Notes: generated by a model from the sequence alone, not told the origin. Shown: positions 20,164 to 29,508, counted from the stretch's first letter. The stretch: DNA of 64,000 nt from Bacteroidales bacterium (GCA_028280405.1 JANQLW010000016.1:11119-75118), one strand, 5' to 3'. Made by a program: numbers and translations.

Positions 20164-21108
20164 ATGAAAAAATTAGCTGTAGTTGCCTTTGGTGGTAATG
20201 CCTTATTGCAGGCCGGACAAAAAGGAACAATTGACGAACAAGAAGAAAACGCTTATAAAACGAGTGAAACTCTAATAAAACTAATGAAACGTGATTATAA
20301 TCTCGTTTTAACTCATGGTAATGGACCTCAGGTTGGAAATATTCTTTTGGCAAATCAAGGTGGTAATCAAATTCATGGTATTCCTGAGATGCCATTGGAT
20401 ATTTGTGTAGCTTATTCTCAGGGATTTATCGGATATGTGATTGAGCAACAATTGAGGAATGTATTGTTGAAAAATGATATGGATCGTGATATTCTTACTA
20501 TAGTTACACAAGTATTGGTAAATAAAGATGATGAAGCTTTTAATAATCCTACAAAGCCTATAGGACCTTACTATAGTAAAGAAGCTGCTGAAAAAATTAT
20601 AGCTGAAACGGGAGCTAAATTTGCTGAAGATAAAGCAAGGGGTGGTTGGAGAAAACTAGTTGCTTCTCCAAAACCGCTTGTTATTTCCAATAAGAAATCT
20701 ATTGAAAGAATTGCCCGTGAAGGACATATCGTAATTGCTGTAGGTGGAGGAGGAATTCCTGCCTTTTATGTAGAACCAAACAAATTGCAAGGTATAGATG
20801 CAGTCATTGATAAAGATTTGGCATCGGCTTTATTAGCTGCTCAAATTAATGCAGATAAATTATTTATTCTTACTGATGTACCTAAAGTATGTATTAATTT
20901 TAATACTCCTCAGGAAAAAGCAATTGATCGTATGACAATCTCTCAGGCTAAAAAATATTTAGCAGAAGGCCAATTTGCTGAAGGAAGTATGGCTCCAAAA
21001 ATCCGTGCGGCAATTAACTTTGTTGAAATGAGCGCTAAGGATACTATTATTACTAAGAGTACTTTGCTAGGAGTTGATGATGGCGGAACAAGAATTACAA
21101 TGGTATAA
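20164..21108 (+). CDS. arcC: Carbamate kinase
   Basis: I prefer the Met at 20164 (MKKLAVVAFGGNALL) over the track start at 20122. The amino-acid kinase fold is supported by HGNGPQVG and the VGGGGIP motif. Confidence 0.9.
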   Translation: MKKLAVVAFGGNALLQAGQKGTIDEQEENAYKTSETLIKLMKRDYNLVLTHGNGPQVGNILLANQGGNQIHGIPEMPLDICVAYSQGFIGYVIEQQLRNVLLKNDMDRDILTIVTQVLVNKDDEAFNNPTKPIGPYYSKEAAEKIIAETGAKFAEDKARGGWRKLVASPKPLVISNKKSIERIAREGHIVIAVGGGGIPAFYVEPNKLQGIDAVIDKDLASALLAAQINADKLFILTDVPKVCINFNTPQEKAIDRMTISQAKKYLAEGQFAEGSMAPKIRAAINFVEMSAKDTIITKSTLLGVDDGGTRITMV

Positions 21109-21115
21109 AAATAGA

Positions 21116-21745
21116 TTATTCCGTACCATGTGTTTTTACGAAGAATGCAACTTTTTCTAATGAAGTGATCATATCGTATTCTTCTAAATATACATGCTCA
21201 GGAACATTTACAGGCTTAGGGGTGTAATTTAATATACCCTTAATGCCTGACTCAACAAGTTTTCCTGAAATTTCCGGTGCAGAACCTGCAGGAACTGTAA
21301 TAATACCTATAGAAATTTCTTCCCTTTTTATGATATTTGCCAGTTCGTCGGTATGATAGCATTTTACTCCGGAAAATACACGGCCTACTTTATCAGGGTT
21401 GTTATCAAAAGCGGCAACTATAGATAACTTAGTTCTCTTGCCGTTAAAATAGTTAATCATCGCATGCCCCAGGTTCCCAATTCCGACAACAGCTACATTT
21501 AAACCATCCTTTGTATCAATAATATCACCTATAAGGTCTATTAATTCCTGAACATTATAGCCTTTTCTTAATGTGCCGGTATATCCGATCAACATAATAT
21601 CTCGTCGAACCTGTACCGGAGTAATATGCTGAATCTTTGCAATTTCATGAGAAAAAATATGGGTTTTCCCTTTTGCTGCACAAATTAGTAATGCTCTTCG
21701 GTACTGACTTAGTCTTTCAATCGTTTTGTGTGGTAGATGTTTCAT
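21116..21745 (-). CDS. rex: Redox-sensing transcriptional repressor Rex (paralog 1)
   Basis: 209 aa. N-terminal winged helix (RLSQYRR...VQVRRD) and Rossmann fold VAVVGIGNLGHA. Confidence 0.9.
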   Translation of the reverse strand: MKHLPHKTIERLSQYRRALLICAAKGKTHIFSHEIAKIQHITPVQVRRDIMLIGYTGTLRKGYNVQELIDLIGDIIDTKDGLNVAVVGIGNLGHAMINYFNGKRTKLSIVAAFDNNPDKVGRVFSGVKCYHTDELANIIKREEISIGIITVPAGSAPEISGKLVESGIKGILNYTPKPVNVPEHVYLEEYDMITSLEKVAFFVKTHGTE

Positions 21746-21820
21746 GCTGTCAAAATTAAGCTACGAACACTTTTGTCCGGCAAGCAAATTTAATTTTTGG
21801 ATACTTAAAATGCAAGAAAT

Positions 21821-21838
21821 TTGTTAATTATTTAACAT
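21821..21838. promoter_or_regulatory. Rex operator upstream of rex paralog 1
   Basis: TTGTTAATTATTTAACAT matches 17 of 18 positions of the TTGTTAA-N4-TTAACAA form of the Rex box. On the minus strand it lies 5 nt downstream of a TATTTTTG (TAnnTTTG) -7 box at 21844-21851 and about 76 nt upstream of the rex ATG. Confidence 0.6.
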
Positions 21839-21905
21839 GTGTTCAAAAATAACAATGAAATTGCTATTTCTAGAATATTGATTTTGTGAGTCTTGAGAAT
21901 AGGGA

Positions 21906-21923
21906 GGGGGTGAAAATACCCCC
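21906..21923 (-). terminator. GC-rich hairpin immediately after the hypB stop
   Basis: GGGGGT-GAAAAT-ACCCCC begins 3 nt after the hypB stop codon. It separates hypB from the rex promoter. Confidence 0.55.
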
Positions 21924-21926
21924 TTG

Positions 21927-22769
21927 TTATTTAAGTTGAGTTTTTAACCAGGTATACCATTTATCCATCCCTTCACCGGTTTTGACTGAAAGTTCAAAGA
22001 AGGTTAAATGATGATTTACTTTAAGTGCATATTCTTTTACCTTTTCAATATCAAAGTCAAGATGAGGTAAAAGGTCTGTTTTATTAATAACACAAATATC
22101 CGAAGTAGAAAACATATTTGGATACTTGATCGGTTTATCTTCGCCTTCTGTTGTGCTAATGACGACCACCCGTTTGGATTCTCCTAAATCAAACATTGAA
22201 GGACAAACCAAATTCCCTACATTTTCAATCATCAATGCTGCATAATCCTTTACTTCTAATTTTTTAACAGCTTTATTAATCATGTCAGCATCCAAATGGC
22301 ATCCATTCCCGGTATTTACCTGGACTACCGGCGCACCTGCCGATTCTATACGTTCAGCATCATTCATGGTTTGCTGATCTCCTTCAATCACATAAAAAGG
22401 AACTTCAGAACCAATTTCTTTTATTGTTCTTTCCAATAATGAAGTCTTACCCGAACCCGGTGAACTTACAAGATTTAATGCCAGGATATTTTTTGCTTCA
22501 AAATAACCTCTGTTTCTTTCAGCAAGAAGATTATTTTTATTTAAAACATTAATTTCAAGTTCAACCTCATGTGAATGATGATGATGGTGATGTGGATGGT
22601 CATGATCGTGAGTGTGATCATGTGGATGATCATGAGAATGACTGTGTCCATGATCGTGTGAGTGTTCATGGTCACCATGTGAGTGATCATGATTATGATG
22701 ATGTTCGTGTTGTTCTCCAGGTTTACTTATACGAACCTGATCGTCGCCGCAACCGCAAGTTCCGCACAT
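21927..22769 (-). CDS. hypB: Hydrogenase nickel-incorporation GTPase HypB (His-rich N-terminus)
   Basis: 280 aa. N-terminal MCGTCGCG followed by a long H/D-rich tract (HEHHHNHDHSHGDHEHSHDHGH...HHHHHHSH), then the G3E GTPase P-loop SSPGSGKTS. Confidence 0.95.
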   Translation of the reverse strand: MCGTCGCGDDQVRISKPGEQHEHHHNHDHSHGDHEHSHDHGHSHSHDHPHDHTHDHDHPHHHHHHSHEVELEINVLNKNNLLAERNRGYFEAKNILALNLVSSPGSGKTSLLERTIKEIGSEVPFYVIEGDQQTMNDAERIESAGAPVVQVNTGNGCHLDADMINKAVKKLEVKDYAALMIENVGNLVCPSMFDLGESKRVVVISTTEGEDKPIKYPNMFSTSDICVINKTDLLPHLDFDIEKVKEYALKVNHHLTFFELSVKTGEGMDKWYTWLKTQLK

Positions 22770-22784
22770 AATATTTCCTTTCTT

Positions 22785-23126
22785 TTAATCAAATTTAATT
22801 TTTCTGATTTTTAAATCTTTTCCGCTAATAATATTTGTTTCAAAGCTAGCACATTTCGGACAAACTGCAAAGAAATCATCTACTTCAAATTGATGAAAGC
22901 ATTTTTCGCAATTTGCTCTTGCCATAAGTTCTTTGAAATTTATCTTAGCATTTTGTGCAACGCCTTTTTTTACAGCTTCTTCCATTGCAAATTCCAAAGC
23001 TTCAATGATTACTCCTGACATAGATCCGATCTCAATATCAATTTCACTGATCGTTGATTTGTTGGCCTTTATTGCTTCTTCTTCTACAATCTCAACAATG
23101 TTTGTAGCTATAGATAATTCATGCAT
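22785..23126 (-). CDS. hypA: Hydrogenase nickel-insertion protein HypA
   Basis: 113 aa. N-terminal MHE nickel site and a zinc ribbon CEKC...CPKC. Confidence 0.95.
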   Translation of the reverse strand: MHELSIATNIVEIVEEEAIKANKSTISEIDIEIGSMSGVIIEALEFAMEEAVKKGVAQNAKINFKELMARANCEKCFHQFEVDDFFAVCPKCASFETNIISGKDLKIRKIKFD

Positions 23127-23333
23127 ATAAAACAGTACTGTTTGTCGTGAACAACAAAGGTAGTTAATCTTTAAACAATGCTAAAAAATTAACAGTAGTT
23201 TATTGAGTGAAAAACTGTTATTAATCATTATAATCGCTTTGTTTTCGGACTTTTATTTTGTATATTGGCTTATATGCAAATGATTTTGTGAGTCTGAGAT
23301 TTACTAACCCATAAAATATAAAAGGAGGCTTCA

Positions 23334-23738
23334 ATGATCAATAGAGTGTCATTAATGGTTAAGTGTACTCATTGCAACGAAAGTTTAATGGACTACAAAA
23401 AACCTTTAAACGAAAAACCCAGTGTCAAAGTAAATGTAATTAACGAAGATGGTGATCAGGGCAAATTATGGCTTTGTTCAACCTACGGATGTTATGACAA
23501 AATTTGTGATGTTCCTTTAAGAACCGGATCAAAAGTAAAAGTATTTTGCCCATCATGTAATCAAACCCTGAATACAGATGTCCCTTGTAAAATCTGCGAT
23601 GGAGAAATGATTAAGTTTAATATTGAGATCGGCGGTGTTGTTAGTATTTGTAATACGGTAGGATGTGAAAGTCATTATGTGATGTTTGAAGAATTAACTG
23701 ATACGCTCAGAAAGTTTCATAGAGAATACGGTATATAG
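23334..23738 (+). CDS. Cys-rich tandem zinc-ribbon protein of unknown function (134 aa)
   Basis: Fourteen Cys, mostly in CxxC/Cx4C pairs (CTHC, CSTYGC..C, CPSC, CKIC, CNTVGC). It is divergent from hypA-hypB, and a -7-like motif lies about 40 nt upstream. Confidence 0.6.
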   Translation: MINRVSLMVKCTHCNESLMDYKKPLNEKPSVKVNVINEDGDQGKLWLCSTYGCYDKICDVPLRTGSKVKVFCPSCNQTLNTDVPCKICDGEMIKFNIEIGGVVSICNTVGCESHYVMFEELTDTLRKFHREYGI

Positions 23739-23743
23739 AATAA

Positions 23744-23777
23744 ATAGGTATTGGCAAAATAAACTGCTAATACCTAT
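23744..23777. terminator. Bidirectional hairpin between convergent genes
   Basis: ATAGGTATT ... AATACCTAT forms a 9-bp stem with a 16-nt loop. It lies between the Cys-rich ORF stop (23738) and the phytase stop (23781). Confidence 0.5.
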
Positions 23778-23780
23778 ATA

Positions 23781-24935
23781 CTATTTCATTAAGAAACTTT
23801 CAATTTTTTCCCAGGATACAAATTTAAAATTCTGACTTTTGGCTATTCCCTGGTCCGTATTGAATCCATCCTGAACAACAAGCATACCTTTTGGGTATGT
23901 ATTATTTAATCTTGAACTGGTAATCTCTATTCCATCGGTTTCTTCCACTCCATCGACAATTCCGTTTCCAATTATAAAACTTGTAATGTAACTGATCCGG
24001 CTTTTATTAGTTATATCAAAGATTGCATATGAAAAGCTTCCCTGAATAGATGCTACCAGAAGTGAGGACGAGTCGCTTTTGTATAGAGCCAAACCCTCAA
24101 TATCATAGCTTATTTTGTCGTTATATTTTTTTGAGCTCTCCTTTATGATTTTCAAGTCAGAAGGTTGATCAGGATCTGCTTGAGCAAGAAAGATCCCTTC
24201 TTCTTCAACACCAATATACAGGTCTCCGGTATTATCATCTGCAACCATACCTTCGGGTTGACTATTAACCTGTAATTTTCTGCATAATTTTGAAGATAGT
24301 TTATCTTCTTTATAAATGATTTGATGTTGTTCGATTATGCCACTCTTACCATTTACGAAGATAAAGAAATCATTGTCTCTATTTTTATACATACAGAGCC
24401 CATATACTTCTGCCAGTTCTGTTTTAATATCATAAATAGGGCTAAGCTTCAAAGAATCTTTGTCCAGTAAAAAAACAGATATAGAATTCTTGGTTCGATT
24501 GCTGGCACATATAATTGTACTTGGTTTATGTTTAAATGGAAACCCATCTCTTAAATCTACATTATTTAGCTTTCCGGCTTTAATGAATTGAATAGTTCTT
24601 CCATTCAGATTATAAACATATAAGCCCGCTTTTTTATCGGTTCCTATAACTAAACTGTTCTGTGGGTTATTCGGATTAACCCAAATTGCAGGGTCATCAG
24701 CTGCATCTTCAGTCAAATCAGTTTTTACTGCATCTGTTTCTGCATCTGCAAAAACGACATTGCTAAATAGAGACTGTAATCGTAAAGCCGATGCCATTTT
24801 TATAGAATCTTCCCGTGCTTCTGTGTTCCTTTTACGTTGTTCTTTCTTTTCTTCTATACTAATCTGGCATGAAATAATAACTAATAAAGATATAAGTACA
24901 AAAAATATTTTTTCACTTTTATTTAATCTGGTCAT
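23781..24935 (-). CDS. Beta-propeller phytase (3-phytase), lipoprotein
   Basis: DDPAIWVNPNNPQNSLVIGTDKKAGLYVYNLNGR closely resembles the Bacillus BPP phytase N-terminal blade. I prefer the Met at 24935 (MTRLNKSEKIFFVLISLLVIISC, a lipobox-like signal) over the track start at 24992. Confidence 0.85.
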   Translation of the reverse strand: MTRLNKSEKIFFVLISLLVIISCQISIEEKKEQRKRNTEAREDSIKMASALRLQSLFSNVVFADAETDAVKTDLTEDAADDPAIWVNPNNPQNSLVIGTDKKAGLYVYNLNGRTIQFIKAGKLNNVDLRDGFPFKHKPSTIICASNRTKNSISVFLLDKDSLKLSPIYDIKTELAEVYGLCMYKNRDNDFFIFVNGKSGIIEQHQIIYKEDKLSSKLCRKLQVNSQPEGMVADDNTGDLYIGVEEEGIFLAQADPDQPSDLKIIKESSKKYNDKISYDIEGLALYKSDSSSLLVASIQGSFSYAIFDITNKSRISYITSFIIGNGIVDGVEETDGIEITSSRLNNTYPKGMLVVQDGFNTDQGIAKSQNFKFVSWEKIESFLMK

Positions 24936-25006
24936 GTTCTTTATTTTCTGAAAAAGCCAGAATATAAGATTATATCCTGGCTGAATAAACAATACAAATT
25001 TATGAA

Positions 25007-27757
25007 TTAAAACCTGAACTTAAGTCCGGCGTTTAGTTTTATACCATAGTATTCTGCTTGATAAGTGTTTGCTTTCATTCCCTGATAAGTCCTTAAAGGA
25101 GTGTTTAGTAAATTAGTTGCATTAGCATAGATGGTTAAATGCTTGGTAATTTTGTAATCTGCATTAATATCCAAATAATTTACGGCATCATAATAAATAT
25201 CTTCGAATGCTTCTTCCCCAAAACCTCCATCATCATTTACATTCAGAAATGCATCAGCATGATTGAAGCTAATTCTAATATCCAGCTTTTTAGTATCATA
25301 GGCTAAGCTAATATTATATGAATTCTTGGGAGAGCCTGATAAAGGTAAATCTTCGCCTTGCCTTCCTTCAAAAATGATATTTTTAATTTTGGATTTTACA
25401 TAAGTGTAGTTAGCATACAAACTTAAATTACTCAAGAATGATGGAAGAAAATCAAGTCTTCTGCTAAATGCAAGTTCTAAACCGTATAGTTCTCCATCTC
25501 CAATGTTCATAGGTTTTCTGTATTCATCGTACAATACACTTTGATAGGTATAATCCGATTTTTTTTCATAAGCTACAATATCCTTCAGGCTTTTGTAAAA
25601 TACTCCGGCTGAAGCTAAACCAATATTACTAAAGAAGTATTCATACATCAGATCAAAATTCATGGATTTGGTTGGATTTAGATTTGGATTCCCAAACAGG
25701 ATTTCTTCATTGTCTTCTTTGATTTCAATATAAGGTACAAGGTCAAAATAATTCGGACGTGCTAATGAATTGGTCCAGCCAAAACGAACATTTGAATTCG
25801 CATTAGGTGTAAGCTTGAATAATAAAGATGGTAGAAAGTTATTGTAATCATCTTTTATTATTTCTGTTTTTGTCAATGTATTATCATCTTCATGAAATCT
25901 ATACCCCTGGTATTCAAGTTTTGTATTTTCCATTCTTAAACCTGCGATAAGGGTAAGTTTATCTCCCAGATTTTGGGTCAACATGATATATCCTGCGAAA
26001 ATATCTTCTTTAGCATTAAAATCTCCTGCCTCTTCGCTAAGGTTAAGTTCTGATGAGAATATGGATGTATTGGTAAGATCTATAACATCACTTATTTCCC
26101 GTTTGATAAAATTACTTAATTGGTAATCACCTGCCATAAATCCATCTTTTGAAGCATTATGAAGGTTGCTAAACATCAAGGCGTCAAATGCATCTTCATC
26201 AAGCGGTTCAAATTCTCTTAAGAAATTATCTCTCATTTTTTCTTTTCCCCTATAACTTGTACCTAGTTGGGCAATGCTTTTGTTTTTCCCCTGAGTAATT
26301 GGAATTTCAAGATTTAGTCTGAAGTTTTTATCTTCTTCTTCAGTAAATTGATGTTCTTCGGTTAATTCTTTTAAACCATAGTTTGTAATATCATTATCAG
26401 CATTATTGCTGTAAAGTATTTGTGGTCTCTCAGGCTCATTCATATTGATGTCAAAGGATACATCTTTGTTTCTGTATGAAACATATCTTTCATTTGGTCT
26501 TTCTTCATTTGCTTTAGAGTAAGATCCTGTCCAGTCTAATTTGAATTTAGGGAAAATATGCTCACCACCTATTGAATAACTCATCATTTGCTGATCTTCT
26601 AAACGGGAGTATTTATTGTTTTTGACGCCAAACTTTGTTTCTCTTCTTATTTCTGCGATATATTTGTCTCCATCCGGCTCAATGTCTTTATATTGAAGTT
26701 TATAACGATTTTCCCAGTCTTTTCTTCTATTATAAATACCTTTTGCAACAATGGTGTGGTTTTGATTGATTTTATAGTCTATTGAAGCTGAGTAACTTTG
26801 ACGGAAGCGTTCAAGATAATATTGACGATTTTGAAATTCTGAAGGATAAACTTTACTTCCTTCTTTTTTCCATTCGGCTTCAATATTGTCAGAGCCTAAG
26901 TGGTTGTCATATGCAGAGACACTAAGAACAACACCTAATTTATTATTGAAAAACCTATCGCTGAATGTAAGGTTTCCTTTGAAAGAAACTTTTTCTGATA
27001 CATAATTGTAGCTACTCCCAATTTTACCATAGATTTCCTGATTTGCAGGAGCATGCTTGGTGATAAGGTTGATGGACCCTCCAATGGCATCAGCATCCAT
27101 ATAAGGAAGAATTACTTTATTATACTCAACAGATTGTATCATATCGGCAGGAACAAGATCAAGCTGAATAGAACGAATTTCTGCTTCAGCCGAAGGAATT
27201 CTTTCTCCATTAATAGTAATTGAGTTTAATTCCGGAGCTAAGCCTCTGATATTCCCAAATCTGGCTTCTCCCTGATCATATTGTACATTGATCCCGGGAA
27301 TTCGTTTAAGTGCATCACCAATATTTGCATCGGGAAACCTACTTAATTCTTCTTCCGAAACGATGCTGGTAATATTTAAAGCATTTTTTTGAGTATTTAT
27401 AGATTTTGACTGCCCAACCAAACGACTATTAATTACAACTTCGTTTAATTGAAGACCGGCTTTTAACTTTATGTTTAATTCTGTAGTTTCTCCTGCTTTA
27501 ACACTAAGTTTGGTTTCTTGTGTTTCAAATCCAATAAAACTGGCTTTTAAGGTATAATTTCCTTCTTTAATATTGATTAAAACAAACTGACCATTTACAT
27601 TGGTGGCTGTACCAGTGTTTAATTCCTTTATAACTACGTTTACTCCGGGTAAACTTTGGCCTTCTGAATCCGAAACGACCCCTTTGATAATTCCTTTTTG
27701 AGCCAATGCTCCAAAAGAAAACATAAGTGCAAAAATGATAAGTGTGATTTTTTTCAT
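25007..27757 (-). CDS. TonB-dependent receptor with CarboxypepD_reg-like N-terminal domain
   Basis: About 916 aa from the Met at 27757 (MKKITLIIFALMFSFGALA); the track start is 27781. It has a plug domain and a C-terminal beta-barrel ending in ...GLKFRF. It lies 14 nt upstream of the phytase gene. Confidence 0.9.
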   Translation of the reverse strand: MKKITLIIFALMFSFGALAQKGIIKGVVSDSEGQSLPGVNVVIKELNTGTATNVNGQFVLINIKEGNYTLKASFIGFETQETKLSVKAGETTELNIKLKAGLQLNEVVINSRLVGQSKSINTQKNALNITSIVSEEELSRFPDANIGDALKRIPGINVQYDQGEARFGNIRGLAPELNSITINGERIPSAEAEIRSIQLDLVPADMIQSVEYNKVILPYMDADAIGGSINLITKHAPANQEIYGKIGSSYNYVSEKVSFKGNLTFSDRFFNNKLGVVLSVSAYDNHLGSDNIEAEWKKEGSKVYPSEFQNRQYYLERFRQSYSASIDYKINQNHTIVAKGIYNRRKDWENRYKLQYKDIEPDGDKYIAEIRRETKFGVKNNKYSRLEDQQMMSYSIGGEHIFPKFKLDWTGSYSKANEERPNERYVSYRNKDVSFDINMNEPERPQILYSNNADNDITNYGLKELTEEHQFTEEEDKNFRLNLEIPITQGKNKSIAQLGTSYRGKEKMRDNFLREFEPLDEDAFDALMFSNLHNASKDGFMAGDYQLSNFIKREISDVIDLTNTSIFSSELNLSEEAGDFNAKEDIFAGYIMLTQNLGDKLTLIAGLRMENTKLEYQGYRFHEDDNTLTKTEIIKDDYNNFLPSLLFKLTPNANSNVRFGWTNSLARPNYFDLVPYIEIKEDNEEILFGNPNLNPTKSMNFDLMYEYFFSNIGLASAGVFYKSLKDIVAYEKKSDYTYQSVLYDEYRKPMNIGDGELYGLELAFSRRLDFLPSFLSNLSLYANYTYVKSKIKNIIFEGRQGEDLPLSGSPKNSYNISLAYDTKKLDIRISFNHADAFLNVNDDGGFGEEAFEDIYYDAVNYLDINADYKITKHLTIYANATNLLNTPLRTYQGMKANTYQAEYYGIKLNAGLKFRF

Positions 27758-27943
27758 GATTTGTTGAATTGATTTTTGCAATGTTAGGAAGGAATCATTA
27801 CAGTCATGTTAACTCAGAATTACATCATGTTAAATAAAATATCAGGATGTTTTACTAAGATGAAAATAATAATAAGGAATGCAACCAATTATTAATTGTT
27901 TGTTAATTCCGTTAAGGCTGCTTTGGTATGAAATGTGGTATTG

Positions 27944-29263
27944 CTATATACTTAGCTTAACAGTTGTTCCTTTGCTAATTTTTGAATTTACATCTATGGT
28001 AATACTATGATAATCACATATTTTTTTTACTATAGCCAATCCTAATCCGAAGGAGTTACGATTTTTCTGGAATTTCTTATGACGGTCAAAAATGTAGGGG
28101 AGGTCTTCTTCTGAGATCCCAATTCCCGTATCCGTAATTTCAATGACTGTTTTTCCTTCAGATAAATAAGAATTTATGCTTATACAACCTTCCCTGGTAT
28201 ATTTGATTGCATTATTTAATAAGTTAAAGAAAAGCAAGTGAATCAATTCTTCATTCCCTTTTATGATTTTAGATTTATGTGCCAGGTCTGATTTTATCGA
28301 CAATCCTTTGATTTCTGCTTTGTCAATAATTTCTTTATACACTTTGGTAATGGATTTATATAAATCGACATTATCCTGAATCAGGTATTCTTTATTTTCT
28401 ATACGTGACATTAAAAGGAGACTCCTAACCATTTTAGTTAGCCTTAATAAACTGGATCTTGATTCGTAGATTCGTTTGATATCTTCGTCATTTAATTCAG
28501 TATTACTAATGAAATTGTCCAGTTTGCTGCGAATGATACTAATAGGAGTCAGTAGCTCATGAGAAATATTTCCTATAAACTCACGCTCATTGTTAAAAGC
28601 GTCTTCAATTTTTCTCATTAAGTCATGAATAGATTCTTCCAGATAGATAAAATCAGAAGTTGAGCTTGACGTTTTTTTGTATTCAAAGGATGTAGGATGT
28701 TTTGTACTTTTTAATTTTTGAATGATTTGTCCGAATGGACGAAGAAGTATCTGAGTCAATCCAAGATCCAGAAGTATACTTAAACTCAATAAGATTAAAA
28801 GAAAGTATGTGGCAAAGGATTTAAGTTTGTTTTCAAAATTTAATATGATTGAAATACTTTTCCCGATTTCCACGAGATAAAATTCTTCTCCATATTGCAG
28901 ACTGGCACTTACCACCCTGTAGTCATATTCAACGTCTTCAATAATTCTGATAACATTATTGATGGTCTCAAATAAGATCGTATCCGTTGACGATTCTATA
29001 GAAATGAATTCTTCCTTTAAAATATTATAACTTCCATACTCCTGGGCATCTTCTTCTGTACCGACGAATTGTTCAATACCTTCGTCTTCTATAATACTAT
29101 ATAATTGATCCAGTTTGTTGTAGAGCTGTTTATCTGTTTCCCTGATAGAAATGTTTTTAACTAAACCCGGAATGACAAAAATGGCCAAAATGATGATTAA
29201 AACCTTTGAAAAGGCATTGATAATGGTTAATTGTGTTTTTAATTTAAGTTTGGGTAAACGCAT
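27944..29263 (-). CDS. Sensor histidine kinase (two TM, HisKA + HATPase_c)
   Basis: 439 aa with H-box ISHELLTPISIIRS, N-box LLNNAIKY and G-boxes DTGIGI and GLGLAIV. Confidence 0.9.
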   Translation of the reverse strand: MRLPKLKLKTQLTIINAFSKVLIIILAIFVIPGLVKNISIRETDKQLYNKLDQLYSIIEDEGIEQFVGTEEDAQEYGSYNILKEEFISIESSTDTILFETINNVIRIIEDVEYDYRVVSASLQYGEEFYLVEIGKSISIILNFENKLKSFATYFLLILLSLSILLDLGLTQILLRPFGQIIQKLKSTKHPTSFEYKKTSSSTSDFIYLEESIHDLMRKIEDAFNNEREFIGNISHELLTPISIIRSKLDNFISNTELNDEDIKRIYESRSSLLRLTKMVRSLLLMSRIENKEYLIQDNVDLYKSITKVYKEIIDKAEIKGLSIKSDLAHKSKIIKGNEELIHLLFFNLLNNAIKYTREGCISINSYLSEGKTVIEITDTGIGISEEDLPYIFDRHKKFQKNRNSFGLGLAIVKKICDYHSITIDVNSKISKGTTVKLSI

Positions 29264-29508
29264 TATAGTTCAAATTTGTATCCAATACCCCTCACGGTTT
29301 TAATCCATTTTTTATCTTCAAATTTTCCTAATTTTTTCCGGATGTTTTTAATGTGAACATCTATATAATTTGAATCGAAGTCATCTTCAAAAAACTCACC
29401 CCAAATATGCTCTGTTAGTTGTAAACGGTCCAACACTTTATTCTTATTAAGAATGAGATAACTTAGTAGATCGTATTCTTTTTTGGTCAGTTCAATTGAT
29501 TGGTCCAT
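29263..29508 (-). CDS. OmpR-type winged-helix DNA-binding domain only (receiver domain missing; probable response-regulator remnant)
   Basis: 81 aa. ELTKKEYDLLSYLILNKNKVLDRLQL...VHIKNIRKKL...IKTVRGIGYKF is a Trans_reg_C domain. It is coupled to the kinase gene by a 1-nt TAATG overlap. An in-frame stop lies 10 codons upstream of its Met, and no REC domain is present. Confidence 0.7.
   Translation of the reverse strand: MDQSIELTKKEYDLLSYLILNKNKVLDRLQLTEHIWGEFFEDDFDSNYIDVHIKNIRKKLGKFEDKKWIKTVRGIGYKFEL

Noticed and set aside
22571-22771. 66-aa plus-strand ORF rich in D/H/V
   Set aside because: It is the antisense reading of the hypB His-rich tract.
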